Positions 12,989 through 26,457 are shown, counted from the whole stretch's first letter. The stretch is 61,872 bases of DNA, filler included, from Choristocarpus tenellus KU-1152 (GCA_964200185.2; 9 parts of 9 records of this genome joined end to end with filler, not necessarily neighbours in it), one strand, 5' to 3'. Notes: a model not told the origin generated them from the sequence alone. Translations and numbers: made by a program.

Positions 12989-14637
12989 NNNNNNNNNNNN
13001 NNNNNNNNNNNNNNNNNNNNNNNNNNNNNNNNTTAATTAATTAANNNNNNNNNNNNNNNNNNNNNNNNNNNNNNNNNNNNNNNNNNNNATTTTTGTTTGT
13101 ATTTGAGACATGATTATTGTCTTCTATTGTTTGTGTTTATAGTTCTGAAGGGGGAAGCGAGATGTGATTCATAGTTATGTAGGTGGAGCAGGTTGAGGTG
13201 TGCAGGGAGGTGGGAATCATGTTTCTGGGGCTGTGGATATATGTGGGGAGGGACTTTTTTCTTCCATTAGCACATGGAGCGTTCCACTGTGTATTTCATG
13301 TGTTTGTCTTGACTTCATGTGCATAGTGGGTTATGGTAGTACAGTGTCTCCAGATCCTCTTTGATCCGTTTCCAGTTTGTGGTAGCTGTCAATAGGATTG
13401 TGGATTTGAAATAAGTGATGAGATTTCGCAGTTTTCACACATACATATTTTATTACTCTTCTAGATAGATAAGTTCACTGTTGGAAGGGATTCAAAATAG
13501 AGTGGGAAACATTTGGGTAGAGTATCCTCGCTGTGGATGCTTGTTGATTGTGCTCAAGAGGTTGCAAGTCTTAGCATTGGTTGTTGGAGTCCCCTGGCCT
13601 AACCTTTTTACCAAGAGTGGTCCTATTAGCAGTATTAGGTCGTTACGCTGAAGGAATATTTCTGATGTGAGGCGGAAGGTTTGGTTCAGCGATGTCAATG
13701 GGATTGAAATAGGACCCGTGGCCAATGTTAGTTTCTGCAGTAAACTGAACTCTGTCAGCTTCTTTTTTGACAAGGTTTTCGCTTCTACCCTCTGCAGGAC
13801 ATTTTTCAGTACAACTTTAGCAGGACCGTTGTGCTCTCATGGTATCCTTTGTCTGGGCAACATTAAGGGTCCTTTGCTCTATGTTGTTTGTTGTCCAGAT
13901 CAATGTTTTGGGTCCAATTGCTTCATCGATATTCTCCAAAATAGCCCACATTTGGGTTACTATTCTTTTGAGCATTTTCTGATCTTGTAGACGTAAGAAA
14001 TGCAAGAATTTTATTAGAAAAAATAGAACACAACAAGAAAATATGTACTCGTTGTCCAGGACATTGCTCTGGGTGATTTCCTCCATGAAATGCCTGTTTT
14101 TCCGCAATGCTGGAGTTAAGTCAGTCCATATCGTCTCTTGTCCAGACAGTTGCTTTGCTGTGTATAACATTCTGTATAATGCAAGAGTATAGTATGTTGT
14201 CTGAGGTGCGGTTGTGTGCGCTGTACTTTTTAAAACCAGGGTCATAAGATATCTCAGCCTGACAGGGCTGCAAGCTGGCATTGGTAAAGATTGTCTTATT
14301 GATATCAGGACCGGCCTAGGGTTGATGGATACTTCAGCCAGATTGGGCTGCCATCCAGTGCCTGTGAAATGTGGTTAAATAGGGCTAGTCAAGGGAGTCA
14401 GAGATATGTCTGGGCTGGCATGCAGTCCCAGGCTGGTCAGCTGATCCGGTGAAGAGCCGTGCTACAGATTGATTTAATGTTAGAAATATGGAAATATTGC
14501 CAATGGCAAAATGTAGCTGTTGTGATGGATTGCCAAGGCCTTAGAGACTCTCTTCCACGCCTAAATCTTTCCACTTTCATCCCTTATTCCTTCTAACCTT
14601 ACCCCCTCCACTACCCCAACTATTACCAATATCACAG

Positions 14638-14866
14638 TTGAAGAAAAAGAAACAGGCTGCCAAGAAGAAGAAAAACAATGCTCAGCAGGACCCCAAATCG
14701 AACCCTATGCCCGAGGCAGACAGAGGTGACGGCCCTGTAATGGAAGCTAAGCAGGATGAGAGGATAGAAAATTTGGTAAGCTCTACCCCAGGAGCATCAT
14801 TGGCAGGGGAGGGGGGGGGNNNNNNNNGGAAGAGGGGAGGAGGGAAGAGGAGGGGGGGGGAGGGGG

Positions 14867-14906
<40 letters not shown>

Positions 14907-17900
14907 AAAAGACCAGTGGTAGTGAGGAGACAGTCAAGGATGCAGAGGTCAAGGTGGAGGTGGGCAATGAGGGAGAGGGAACCGAGTTGGCAAGGAACAC
15001 TGGTCAAGCAGTGATCAGGGAAGGTTTGAGCACTGTTACGGGTTTGGGAGCTTCTGTGCCTACCCAGCCCCCTGTGGCTCCGTCCTCAGATATTCCCCCA
15101 ACTCTGCCCCCAGTGCACAGAAAGAGTGTGAGCTTCTCAGAGGATTCTGTTACTTTCTTGACTGGGGATTCCCGAGTGCTGGCGGTGTCTCCTCCGTTAC
15201 CACCGTTTAGTCCTACCTTCAAGGGAACCGGTAGTGGGAAGGTTAGCATTGCTGAGGCCAAGGCAGAGGAGGTGGATATGAAAGGAGAGGAAGAGGCATT
15301 TTTACGTGCCAATTTCTTTGTCGGTGGTGATGTTGAACAGGTGAGTGTGGGGCATGTTGGTTGGGTTTTGAGGAGGAGACGATAATTCAATTTCTGACGT
15401 ATTTTGAATTGTGAACTAGTTGCTTGATGTAATAGGGTTAGGTTGGGAAGAAATTGAGGGGGAATGCGATGGGATTTTCTTTAACTGTGCAATAAGGGGA
15501 TTAGGTTCATAGGCATTCCTTGAAAAGTCCGGAAGTGAGCATCACTATACTCTGTGTAGGAAAGGGATGATTTTGTGTAATGGCCTGTTTTTGAAAAAAA
15601 GGATGTTGAGATATTTGTAATGGTCTAGATTGCATTTGATGGATGGTAGCCGTTGTTTTGATTTGTTATCATTTTGGTCTACATGCCATCGGGCTAGCTG
15701 GGAATCCTCTTAACCTCTTCTGTTCTATCTCCATAAATTTCTCCATAGGCTCAGCTCAATGGGGTTGTAACTCCCACAGGATGCAACGATTCGATGTATC
15801 TGGTCATGCTCAGTGGACAAGGTAAAGTAGAAGGTGACGATCTGATGCAAACTGCTCCTGAGGAAATGTGTCGATTGCACATGCTGTTGTCTCGAGAACG
15901 ACTTGCATCTGGACTGGGCCAGGGCCTGAAAACTCTGCCTGTCATGGATAAGGTGGTGTTTGGACTGGTGAGCACTACAACTGGAGCAATTACATCTGCT
16001 GTTCATGGTTTCAAAATGTGTATTGTTCTGTGGGTTTGTTGTCATTTTGAAAGTAAGATTTTGGTTTTACTAGGTGTGTGAAAGTTAGGTTTTGGTGTCA
16101 GATTGTGGGGTGATCCTGTATGATTGTTATGATTGTTGTGAGTCATAGTTGTTCGTTTTTCCTAGTAGTCAGTAGTCAGCACAAGACTTTGTGTCTGCTG
16201 AGAGTAGGGAGAGGGAGGGAAGGGGTGCCTGTATGCTCTCTTTGTTTTCACTTATTTTGCCACACGGAGGGGGATTCTTTGCCTGTAGTAGTGATGGTTG
16301 CTTTGTACATGGTAGATATATACCGAACATAGCATATGTAAGCCAAATCAATGTAATAAGAGTATTTACCCTTGATGAGTTGCTTATTTTACTTTTGTGT
16401 TAAAGATATGAGTGATGTACATTGATTCATCGATACTTCAGAGGGAGATGAACAAGTGAATATGATTCCAAATAGAGATCACATGTTATGTATACCTCAA
16501 TTGCTGATCCCATGGAATTTTTTACTGTCCAGGGAGTGTATATGCAGGAAGGGGTGAAGACCTGTAGCTCTCTTTTACCTATCCATTTGTTTTGTTTTGT
16601 TATATTTTCCTTATCTCCATCCCACTGCACATCTATGTCCCCCTCAAATCATCCTTCCTCCCTGCCTTACGGTATACCTATGGTGACTTCACACACCAAA
16701 AAATTCATGGGATTACTAACCAGACTGCCCGAGGCCTTGCTGAAGGAGGATCATCCTGCCTGGCAGATATTGATGAGAAGGGTGATAATAAATTGGAAGG
16801 GGATGGTGCCTCTGCCACCCCACAGGCAATCCTGAAAATCCAGGCATTGGGAAAGCCGAATGATCTCAATACGCTCAAGGAGGCGTTTCGTGCAGCGATT
16901 TTGGCTTGGAGGCAAATGGATGGCAGCATAAAGATGACACAGAAAGTAGAGATCAAAGGTGCTGGAGGAGGGGAGGGGAGGGGAGATGGAAGTGAACAAG
17001 CTGTTGGTAACTCCATTATGTCTGGTGAAACTGTTGTGGCAGCGGCGAGGTCAGAGGTGGGGACTGCAGGGGAGGGGAAAGAAGTATCAGCAGAGAGAGA
17101 TAGGGGCTCAGATGAGGGGGTTGGAGGTGGGACAAGGGGAGGAGAGCCTAAGACAGAAACAAAGGTAGAGGTGGTGATGGAAGGAAAGGAGGTGGAGGGT
17201 ATAGGTGCTATGGAGGTGTGGTGCATGGAATGTGCACAGTCGAGGTTAGAGGCGGTGCTCAAGAGTCTAGAAGACGCAGTGCCAGGGCTTGTCTTCATGG
17301 TGCACAACATTGAGGGTCACATGTCCAGAGGGGTGACATCTGTTCCTGGTCCTGTAGGGGGAACAGCACTTTGGTGAGAGATTTTGATGTGTGGGACTTA
17401 CCACCAGTGTTGGTACAGTTTTGCAGTTAATTGTGTGCATTTCCAAAGAATTGAGGTGTGTGCCCCATGATATATGATTGCGACAGTAGTAGCCCTGACT
17501 CTGAATCTATGGCTAATGGTGGTGGTTGCGGTGGTAATGGCATTGCAGGGGGGCGATGTCTATGGGTTGTCACCTGACCTCCGGAAGGCACGAGCGCTGG
17601 ACTGTCAAGGGAGTTGACCTAGGTTCTCTGGGCCCGCCAATTGAGGTGACTTCTGAGTCTAAACAAAAGCAAGGAACCCTGGGAAATTCTCATAAACAGC
17701 ACAAAAGAGTACTGTCATGAGTTCACTAGTAGAAGAGCCTCTATATGTGTATGTATGTACATGTATGCATGCGTGCTTATATGTATGTATATTGAATTGA
17801 GCCAATAGATTGTGATTGCCCCGCAGTGCCGCCTGCCAAAACATGACTGGATCTTGGGTAATGAATTCAGCTACTAACGTAGTATGTCCAAAAAGCAGAA

Positions 17901-18986
17901 ATGATCAATCACTCTGCGAGCCATGAAAGTAGGACAGTCCTACAATGGTTATGTCTTTGCCAAAAACATTGTTGTTGAGCACTTGAGTTATCCCCACCCC
18001 TGTAGTTGACCATGGACAACCCTAAGCTCCACCCCCCCGGTTCCGTCCAATCGTCAGATTCTCAAAGTACTGGTGATGGGTATTTTTGTTAAGTTATGTT
18101 GTTAAAGGAGGTAGGATAATGGAGAAGATGATAGTGTGCTTACTTCATATTTGAAAAAAAAATTCAGAGTAGGTTGAAAATGGAGTGATTTTGAGCTCAT
18201 ATTGTCTTAATGTTTTCCAATATTTGTGCATCAAGCAGGAGAAATACGTTGTACAGTTGTAGGACCTGTGTTGTTCATAGGTGGTGTGGTCTGATAACCC
18301 CATCTCCTTCACACATGCTATACATCCTGATTCTGGTGGTCGTGACCAGGGTGTAATAGAATAGCGTCAATGAGCAAATCATCACAAGGAGTACAAATTC
18401 TTTGCCAGATTTCTTATTCCTGTCTTGTAAAGTTGCAGGATAACAGTCAACTACTTAACTATCTTTAGAAGTTTGTTGATCTTATTGGGGTCTCTAAAGT
18501 AGTGTAGCAGACCTTGACCAAGTTAATAATTTGATAAGAGGGGTAGGAGGCAGGCATGATTTGAAAGGAAACACATGCAGCAATAGCCTTTCTGTCATAC
18601 TGAGCTTATAAGATGTGTTTGACCTGCAACTTCCTCTACCTCCTAAATGTTGCTTTTCTCAGCTATGCCCTCACCTTGCTTTCCTGCCTCATCCCCCCCT
18701 CCGATGCCTTTCATGCACAGGAGAATGAAGACATGGGTGATGTACCAACAGAGAGTCTTGAAGATGCCACAACGACTCCACCTTCCACCACCCCTGCCCT
18801 CCCTTCTACCTCTTACCCTCAGCCAAGGCCCCTGGAGCAGAGGCTTCAGGGCCTGCTGTCTGCACAGGCAGAAGTGGAACTAGGAAAGATTGGGGGGGTG
18901 GGGGCAAGTTCTGTGGCCACGGGACTGAAGATGGAGAAGAGCACTATCACAGAGGGGGGAGGAGGAGGAGCAACGAGGAGCAGGGG
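14638..18986 (+). CDS. Internal exons of a large low-complexity protein of unknown function (contig 4)
   Basis: Acceptor cacag at 14637; Lys-rich then Gly/Glu-rich exon ending GAACAG|gtgag at 15340; further exon-like blocks near 15780-15967, ~16700-17372, 17549-17645 and 18721-18986. Exon phases not fully reconciled and no domain recognised. Confidence 0.55.
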
Positions 18987-19086
18987 NNNNNNNNNNNNNN
19001 NNNNNNNNNNNNNNNNNNNNNNNNNNNNNNTTAATTAATTAANNNNNNNNNNNNNNNNNNNNNNNNNNNNNNNNNNNNNNNNNNNN

Positions 19087-19410
19087 TTGTCGATAAGCCT
19101 TGTGAGGGCAAGGTGGGTGGCTGTGCAGACAAGGTTACAACCTGCACGAACGATGATGTCTGTCGTTAGTTGGCAAATAGTACTCTGCTTACTTACGCAT
19201 TGTTTACTTGGAGCAAAAAGAGGGGTAATGGAACCCCCCGCATGATCGAGGCTGTTGTCGTACTTGTCGATAAGCCCTGTGAGGGCAAGGTGGGCGGCTG
19301 TCCAGACAAGGTTACAACCTGCACGAACGATGATGTCTGTCGTTAGTTGGCAAATAGTACTCTGCTTACTTACGCATTGTTTACTTGGAGCAAAAAGAGG
19401 GGTAATGGAA
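19087..19410. repeat. 177-bp tandem duplication
   Basis: ttgtcgataagcc... starts at 19087 and again at 19264; near-identical as far as ggtaatggaa. Confidence 0.92.
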
Positions 19411-20314
19411 TGTGTTTTTGCGATGTAGAGCACATACAACCGACTTGCTGATATACATGTCTGTCGGTTTCCCTCCTCGTTATTTAGCTCTTACGCTCCT
19501 ATCGCCCTTCCGAAGCTGAGGCGTACGAGGGCAGGGGAGCACATCGCATCATGAGTACATCGACTGTTCACCAGGCCTGCTGTATCTGTAGGTAAATCGT
19601 GCAAGGATGTAATCGTCCTCGGGTATCTAACCTGCAGCAGGTCTCCTCAACATGACGTTAAATCAAGTGGTGCGTGTGCAACCAACATCTATACGGTTGT
19701 GTGATTGTTGAGCCACAACCCACAATACGTACCTCCTCCAAGATTTAGAGGAGTGAAGAACGCCTCCGTAAACTGGCCTTCGACGTGTGCGACCAGGATC
19801 TTCTGGCGCTCGGAGTAGCCCCTGATAACAAGGACATGAACCAAAGAAACGTGTAAAGAAAGGTATTACGGTGCATTATCATCATGATGAACGGAATAGG
19901 TAGTGTTATTATGTGCGTCTGTTTTGGCGGTTATTTCTTGCACTCATTCGTTGAATAAAACAGGGTGGTCTATTCTGTGCTGCCTGCGGCTGCAAACTTG
20001 TTGACAAATGAACTGTACGTGCGTGTGGTTACCTGTCACCGCCGTGGGTAGGTGGGTAAAGTGCTGGGAGGGCGTGGGATGTCTGGTTCGCCGCATCTAC
20101 AGACATGAACATGAAGCCGAGAGGTTTGCCGTCGGCTTTGGCCCGCATGGCGCTGCTGGTGTTGTTGGCGATGACCAGTCGATCCGCTTGGATAATCTGG
20201 TGAATGGGGGAGAGCAACATCACGTCTGTAAATAAATCAAACAAATCTGCTTAGAGGTGTAAAAAAATGACCACTTGTTAACACGTACCAGGTACATGGC
20301 AAAAATCGAGTGTA

Positions 20315-20572
20315 GAGTCAAAGTATCTTAGACGGTAGAGTCGCGTCTATTTTGGGGCTAAATTTCAATGTTACATTTTCGATGTAATTTTGCCTACCGT
20401 GTTTGTTAGGAGATGTCAATATCCTTGTTGCGAACACACATTTCAAAACGTATGCATTTTGCCTACTTCAAAACATTTTGGAGTGGATAAAATGTCATAA
20501 AAAACTCGTGGGAGGCCAAGTACCAAATGGACAAACAGGGGAAAGCTCGTACCCTCTAAGACACTTTCACTC
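20315..20572 (-). mobile_element. MITE family GAG (~260 bp), inside a transposase intron
   Basis: gagtcaaagtatcttagacggta ... taccctctaagacactttcactc, flanked by TGTA/TGTA. Confidence 0.88.
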
Positions 20573-21473
20573 TGTAGGTAACAATATGTGTTTGTCTTTG
20601 CTCCTTTTTTTTTATTGCTGTATTCAAGGCAAGCACAGTATTATCGGGATGGGAGCAAGTACGTGCGTACGGGGCCGGAAGACCGCAACACGACCTGTCC
20701 CTCCCACAGCCCATTGTAGATGACCAGGAAACAGTCTATCATACAAGGTGTTTGGGTAACTAATAACAACAGTTTTGCGCTGAGTGAGGCTGCTGCTGCT
20801 GCAATAAGCACCTGCATCGGAGTCTTCATTTGCAAAAGGCAACAGATGCTGTTCCCAAATGGAGGGCAATGACGGCGACATGTTGCCATTGTACGATGAT
20901 TATCGCAAAATTAACGCTGGACACCTACCTTTTGATGGTCTGACAGCTCCTTGTCGATGGACTCCAGGACGGTGGAGTCGTTCATAGGTTTTACACCAGG
21001 TGCACCGTGCCGCTTCTCTTTTAACGTGACACATATGTCGTATTTAATAAATTCGCCTCCTACGCTCGCCCTGATATTGGGCCTGTCATCTCTGAGCAAT
21101 CGGAGGAAGTGCGCCTTGCTTACCCACTTGGAAGTGTTGTCAGGATACACCCGTATTGCCTCTTTGCAAAAATCCTTGTATAGCTCCTAACAATGTTGGT
21201 TGTGTGGGCAAGTGGGGAGTTATTGAGAAGGAGCACTCGAAGAACACCGCTGCATGATCTCTCAAAGCGGGCTGACCAATAACTTGACTGACAACACAGA
21301 AGACAGGATCAAGCAAGCTTACATTGTAATGAAAGAGCAAATACAATGATCTTCGTAAATCTGCCAAGAGCGTCATTCTGTTCGGGATTTACTGCCGTTT
21401 GCAGAAGCAGTAAAGGAGGCGAATCTACCATCATCATCATCATCATCACGAAGCGCTTGAGATATACGAAGTA

Positions 21474-21679
21474 GAGTGAAAGTATCTTAGAGGGTATGGG
21501 TTTTGCCCTGTTTGTCCATTTGGAGCTTGGCCCCCCATGGGTTTATTAATTACATTTACCTACTCCAAAATGTTTCAGAGTAGGTAAAATGTATACGTTG
21601 TGAAAAGATATTTCCAGAAAAAGGATATCGACACTTCCTGACAAACACGATAGCCAAAGACCCAAAGTATCTTGGAGGG
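21474..21679 (+). mobile_element. MITE family GAG, truncated, followed by the start of a second related TIR at 21659
   Basis: gagtgaaagtatcttagagggt...; gacccaaagtatcttggaggg immediately before the gap. Confidence 0.8.
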
Positions 21680-22849
21680 NNNNNNNNNNNNNNNNNNNNN
21701 NNNNNNNNNNNNNNNNNNNNNNNTTAATTAATTAANNNNNNNNNNNNNNNNNNNNNNNNNNNNNNNNNNNNNNNNNNNNCCAGATACTTTGACCCCATAG
21801 TGGTGTTGACCTCACCATGTACTATGTAGTAGTTCACATAAAATTAAACCGTTATGACTCTGATCTTGCCAACACACTGTACAGAGAAGCAAGTACACAG
21901 CATATATGGGAGGTGTTGTCCAGAACAACTTAATACTGCTGCTTCTAGGAACAAGTATATTTTTTGCTGCACCACAAACGTGATAGGCTCAACCTGTTTT
22001 TCAACCCATTATACCCGGTGTCTGCCTCAGAACAGCTCTCTGCAATTCAAACATTCCCAACATAATTTTAAGTCTGAAAAGTCACATTTTGTTAGAAAAA
22101 CTGGTCGGGTCTATCTGGTGCGTTGATCGAGATTTGGGTTCAATTCGGGTTGAGATTGCAATCCCACCCCGAGGTCGTTCTTGTCTTGCTGGCAAGAAAA
22201 ATGTTTGCTTTTTCACAAACAGTATGTGAAAATGTTGCGATTTCATTTTTTTTGTATGAATGAAATGCCTCCATTTTTTTTAAAAGTAACGAAATTTCTC
22301 ACCAGCAGATACAGTCGTTTTTGGTGATGGTGCAAGTCTTCCCATATTCAAGATGGATTCATAGATTATTTATTCTATGTGCCTTCATTTTTCGATTGCA
22401 TTGAAGTTGACTCGACTAATGCTCTGCAAGTACACCTACGCCTCCTTCCACAAACCACGAACGAGTGAATGAAATTGAACGTGGCAGGATAGGAAATCCG
22501 AGGGTTGGGGGGCGGGGGAGGGGGAGGGGGAGACACACTGAAGAATTCTCTCACTTGAGCGATGCTCTCCTTGAATGTGCGGATGATTGATGGGACAGGG
22601 GTATGATGGCTCTCTCTGCGATTTGTTGCATAATGGTGACTGTTTGGCAGGTAGTGTAAGCCTGATACGTGATATACTGCTGTACAATGGCAGTTGGTTG
22701 ATTTGGCACTCAGTTGAAATTTGAAATCCTTGCTGTTCAGGCGATTGGACCTGCCTCGGTGTTTCCTGTGCTGACATGAACAGGACCCCAAAAAAAGGAA
22801 AAAATATTCTTCCCCCTCCGTGTGTCTGCTCTGATGTGATTTGCTCCAG

Positions 22850-23691
22850 AAAAAGTTCAGCTTCATCAACAGCCTATCGGACTTTGCCAAGTACTTTGAC
22901 TGCCTGGATGATGTGGCGTTCATTGCTATTGACGCTCAGCACTACTACAAGGTATAGAGATTTGGTGGGAGCACTACAAGTGTTAGGTGGGACCAAGATG
23001 TAGATGGGCCCTTCTGTGGCGACATTTCTGGAATTAGCTCGTGTTCCCCAAGCATAAGTATTTCGTGGGTAGGGGGGCTCCTGTCTTGTTTGGTCATAGG
23101 TCCACAGAAAGAAGAGAGGGTCTTGGCAGCTTGTGTGGCTTTGTGTTTTGATAGCGGTTGTTGCATGATTTGTATGTTTATGATTTGTATGTGTTTGTAT
23201 GTTTATATAGAGCTAGGGCTAGAGCTTGTAAGAGAAGCATCCAAGCTGAAGAATTGACCGAGTTGTGTATTTGGGACTTTAATGTTCCTACTACTAATGC
23301 TGTCTGTTGATCTTGTTGAGAGAATATAGCCGATAAGGTCAAGTCAGTTCTACGGTGGATTGGAGAGCTGGACTATGGGGGAGCGGGGACTTGACCTCTT
23401 GGTGGAATAGTTGGTTTGGTTTATGATTATGTGGGGCAAATGTATGAAAATGTATGGAAGAGAAGCAATGTGCGACTGATGAGTTGATGTTATATTATCA
23501 TAACACTCGAAGTTTCACAAGGAATTGTTGTAGATCACCACACACTCTCTGCCTCACAACTGACCAAGACCCCGACTCCCCACCCCCGGAATGTCTGCCT
23601 ACTGGCAGGTGAACCTTACCTCAGCTAAGATGGAGCATATTGTAGTCTCTGAAGGCTTGCCGGAGCTGGAAGAGTCATCTTCAAGATTCAC
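22850..23691 (+). CDS. Two in-phase exons of an unidentified protein (22850-22951, 23609-23691)
   Basis: Canonical splice sites; spliced product KKFSFINSLSDFAKYFDCLDDVAFIAIDAQHYYKVNLTSAKMEHIVVSEGLPELEESSSRF. Confidence 0.55.
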
Positions 23692-26457
23692 GTGAGTTCA
23701 TTGACATCTCCCCTGGAGTAGAGTAGTGACCAGACTGCTTGATCGGGGGAGGGGAAACAAGAGACCGTGTGTGTTCAAGAGAGGATAATGTAGGTCAGGA
23801 GTATGAAGAGGGTTCCAGTATGCAATGAAGTGCCTCTTTTTTTTGTTTAGGAAATCAGGCAGATTGCTTCCGATAAGATATGTTTGGAGGAGGGGGGGGG
23901 GGAAGTGTTGGTGTATGACGGAACGAGGTTTGTATGTACAGACAGTATAGTAAAGGTAGACCCTAATCATAACATTAACCCCTTTTCTTGTTGTGGCGAG
24001 TTGCTATCGAAGCTCCAACCCTCTTATCTTAGTCTTGATCATAGAGAGTACTTTCTGAGCGGCCCGCCAACTAGTAGCCTGCAAGATTCCTAATTTCTGT
24101 TGACTCAAGCATTGGTAAGTTAACGGAGGGGTACTTCGATGTAGCACTAACCACTTGCAGTGCTAGAAATTCCACGTGCATCATGAGCAGTTCCTTGTGT
24201 AGTGATGCCGTGCCATCAACTTAGCCTCATCCCTAACCCTAGCCTATTTCTTAGAGAAGAGCTGGATCTCAAGTGCATCTCTAAGGTAGATCACCTGCCT
24301 GTCGCTCGTTGAGCCAGTGAGATGACGCCCTGTAGCCTCCTCTGCGTGTTCATTGTGTGACTCCTGCTGCCCATATACTGCCCCATTGTAGGATGGCGTG
24401 TGACTGAAAATGTTGTGCTTGTGAAATCCGATGCAGCGGAGGAGGATTTTTTTTTTTGTGATTGTTGAGTTTGACGTAAGTGGACCTTGCAGAGTGTCCG
24501 TGTGACACAAAACGTACATTGTATATATTACCTCAGGCGTGAACATCTGAACCTTAAGCTCACGCTATGCACCATGGAGCCCTGTTGTTCAGAACAACTT
24601 TTTTTTGTACAAGGGTTAAGGCTATGGCGGCAGCACCCTGTTTTTAATTTTCTCGCCACTGCCTGCATATTTATTTTTTTCCCAAATTTCTGATAGTATT
24701 ATGGCTGGGGAGAGTGATTGGATGTACACTGGAAGCAGGGGGTTGGGCTGTACATGATCATCTGGCAAGTTTTCTAGTAGTATAAATTTGACGGGGGGAG
24801 GGGGGGGGNNNNNNNNNNNNNNNNNNNNNNNNNNNNNNNNNNNNNNNNNNNNTTAATTAATTAANNNNNNNNNNNNNNNNNNNNNNNNNNNNNNNNNNNN
24901 NNNNNNNNATACACATATGTATATAGTTTTCATTGGTTTTCTCCTGACACATCTGCAAAATGTCAGAGGGCATAATAATATAAATACTATTAATTCACAC
25001 TATATTATCTATATTGGGTTTATTGTGAGAGTGGTAATGAAGGATGAAAAGTATGAATATAAACATTGGTATATTATGTGTTAAGAAGTTACCAGTTTTG
25101 TATTTTGTTTCAAGGACGAATTTGAATTTGGAGAGGGATAGAGCGAGACAGATCAGGACAGAAAGTGTAAGACCAACGATCAGGTGTTGGGTGGGGTGGT
25201 TAGACCTCATGAGGTTGAGCAAGGTCGCCCCCACTCACTCTGTTGTTCGTGAGAGAGGGGAAGTCTGTGTTGGGGGTAGGTCAGATCCCAACAGAAACCA
25301 ACTTCGCCCTCACTACGAACCTTATCGATGTTTCAATTTGTAAATTGAAGCAGGCCTTGATACGTCATGGAGGAGATAATATATACTTCACGGTAGATGA
25401 GATTAACGCTTTAAATGTTGTGGAACGCTTGTTGATCGTACTCTGACGGTTTGTATGTCTAAATGATCTTTTTCACAACTCATCACATACATCTTCTCAC
25501 TATATATATATTATTGTTATGATCTTTGGCATTTTACAGATGTGTCAGGGAAGAAGCTAATTCAATATCATAAGGACCCCCCTAAAAATATCATAGTTGT
25601 CATAATGTAAATGATATCTCCTAAAAATTCTATTTACTATTTATTTGACTACTACCAGCTATAAGACACTCCATGAAAGCTTGTAATTACAATATGATGT
25701 GTACACTGCTGCTGTGCCTCCAACCTAGCTTAGCCCTATACTTGATGTGGGGTTGATGATGGAGGACCTCAGCACCATGAGGGTTGAGATCAACTGACTT
25801 GTTCAGGAGCCATGTGAAGCATATCCTCCACAATTTGATGATGGGTGCTTTCTCGCTGGGTAGCTAGCTGTCTATCTTTGATGCTTTGGTATTGAACCAT
25901 ATTAGTAGTTCATAGAAACCAGAATAAGGTTTTCTATCCTCCTGGTCTAGGTGTCATGAGACTAGTGCAAGGTAGATACTTCTTCAACGCTTCCTGAAAG
26001 TGGCATTTTGGGGGTCGGTATATAGTTGTTTCCATGCCCTTTCCTATTCCTCTTAGGCTTCCTCCAGAAAGTTTGCTTGAACTTCGTCACTTGTACAAAC
26101 CAGCCTCCATGAAGGGGTTGGAATTCTTTGACAGTGTCTGACAAATGGAGGGTACATCAGTGAATCTTTGGTTTGTGCTGCCTCTTCCTTTTTGAGGAAT
26201 TTTCCGGCTGCCATACTCTGTAATTCATACCTCAAGTAGGGGTAGATATCAAGGCTTGTCGGTTGATAAAAGTACATCTATTGGCTGCAGGTCAAATCTT
26301 AAGGTTGGGATTAGTGGAACAAATTACAGTAATTTTGATGGGAGCCTTTGTTCACATGAAACGCCTCACCTTGTAATATAACTCCTGTGCTGAAAACTTG
26401 TGTCCTACTTGAACCCAATGGTCAATCTTCCCACAGAGAGCTGTTACTGCTGCGATC

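Larger units (their letters stand above)
19087..21420 (-). mobile_element. Intron-containing Sola-like (DUF7869-type) DDE transposase, probably pseudogenised
   Basis: In-phase GT-AG exons 21186-20929, 20196-20033 and 19821-19733 give ELYKDF...VSKAHFLRLL...FIKYDICVTLK...LSDHQKIIQADR...FMSVDAANQTSHALP...QKILVAHVEG...NLGG. These are followed by ...HPCTIYLQ and exon 19318-19264 (CNLVWTAAHLALTGLIDK). Motif order matches F.KC..C / H...ER / DGMDQ..LP / GV.VHG / LYLQ.DN of this family. Confidence 0.62.

Noticed and set aside
13200-14400. Possible degraded LINE-like coding sequence (also 5300-5900)
   Set aside because: Coding-like composition but no RT or endonuclease motif I could identify, and the strand is uncertain
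16705-17310. 201-aa Ser/Pro-rich minus-strand ORF (similar cases at 15004-15390, 37570-37902, 44751-45263)
   Set aside because: Antisense shadows of Gly/Glu-rich exons on the other strand
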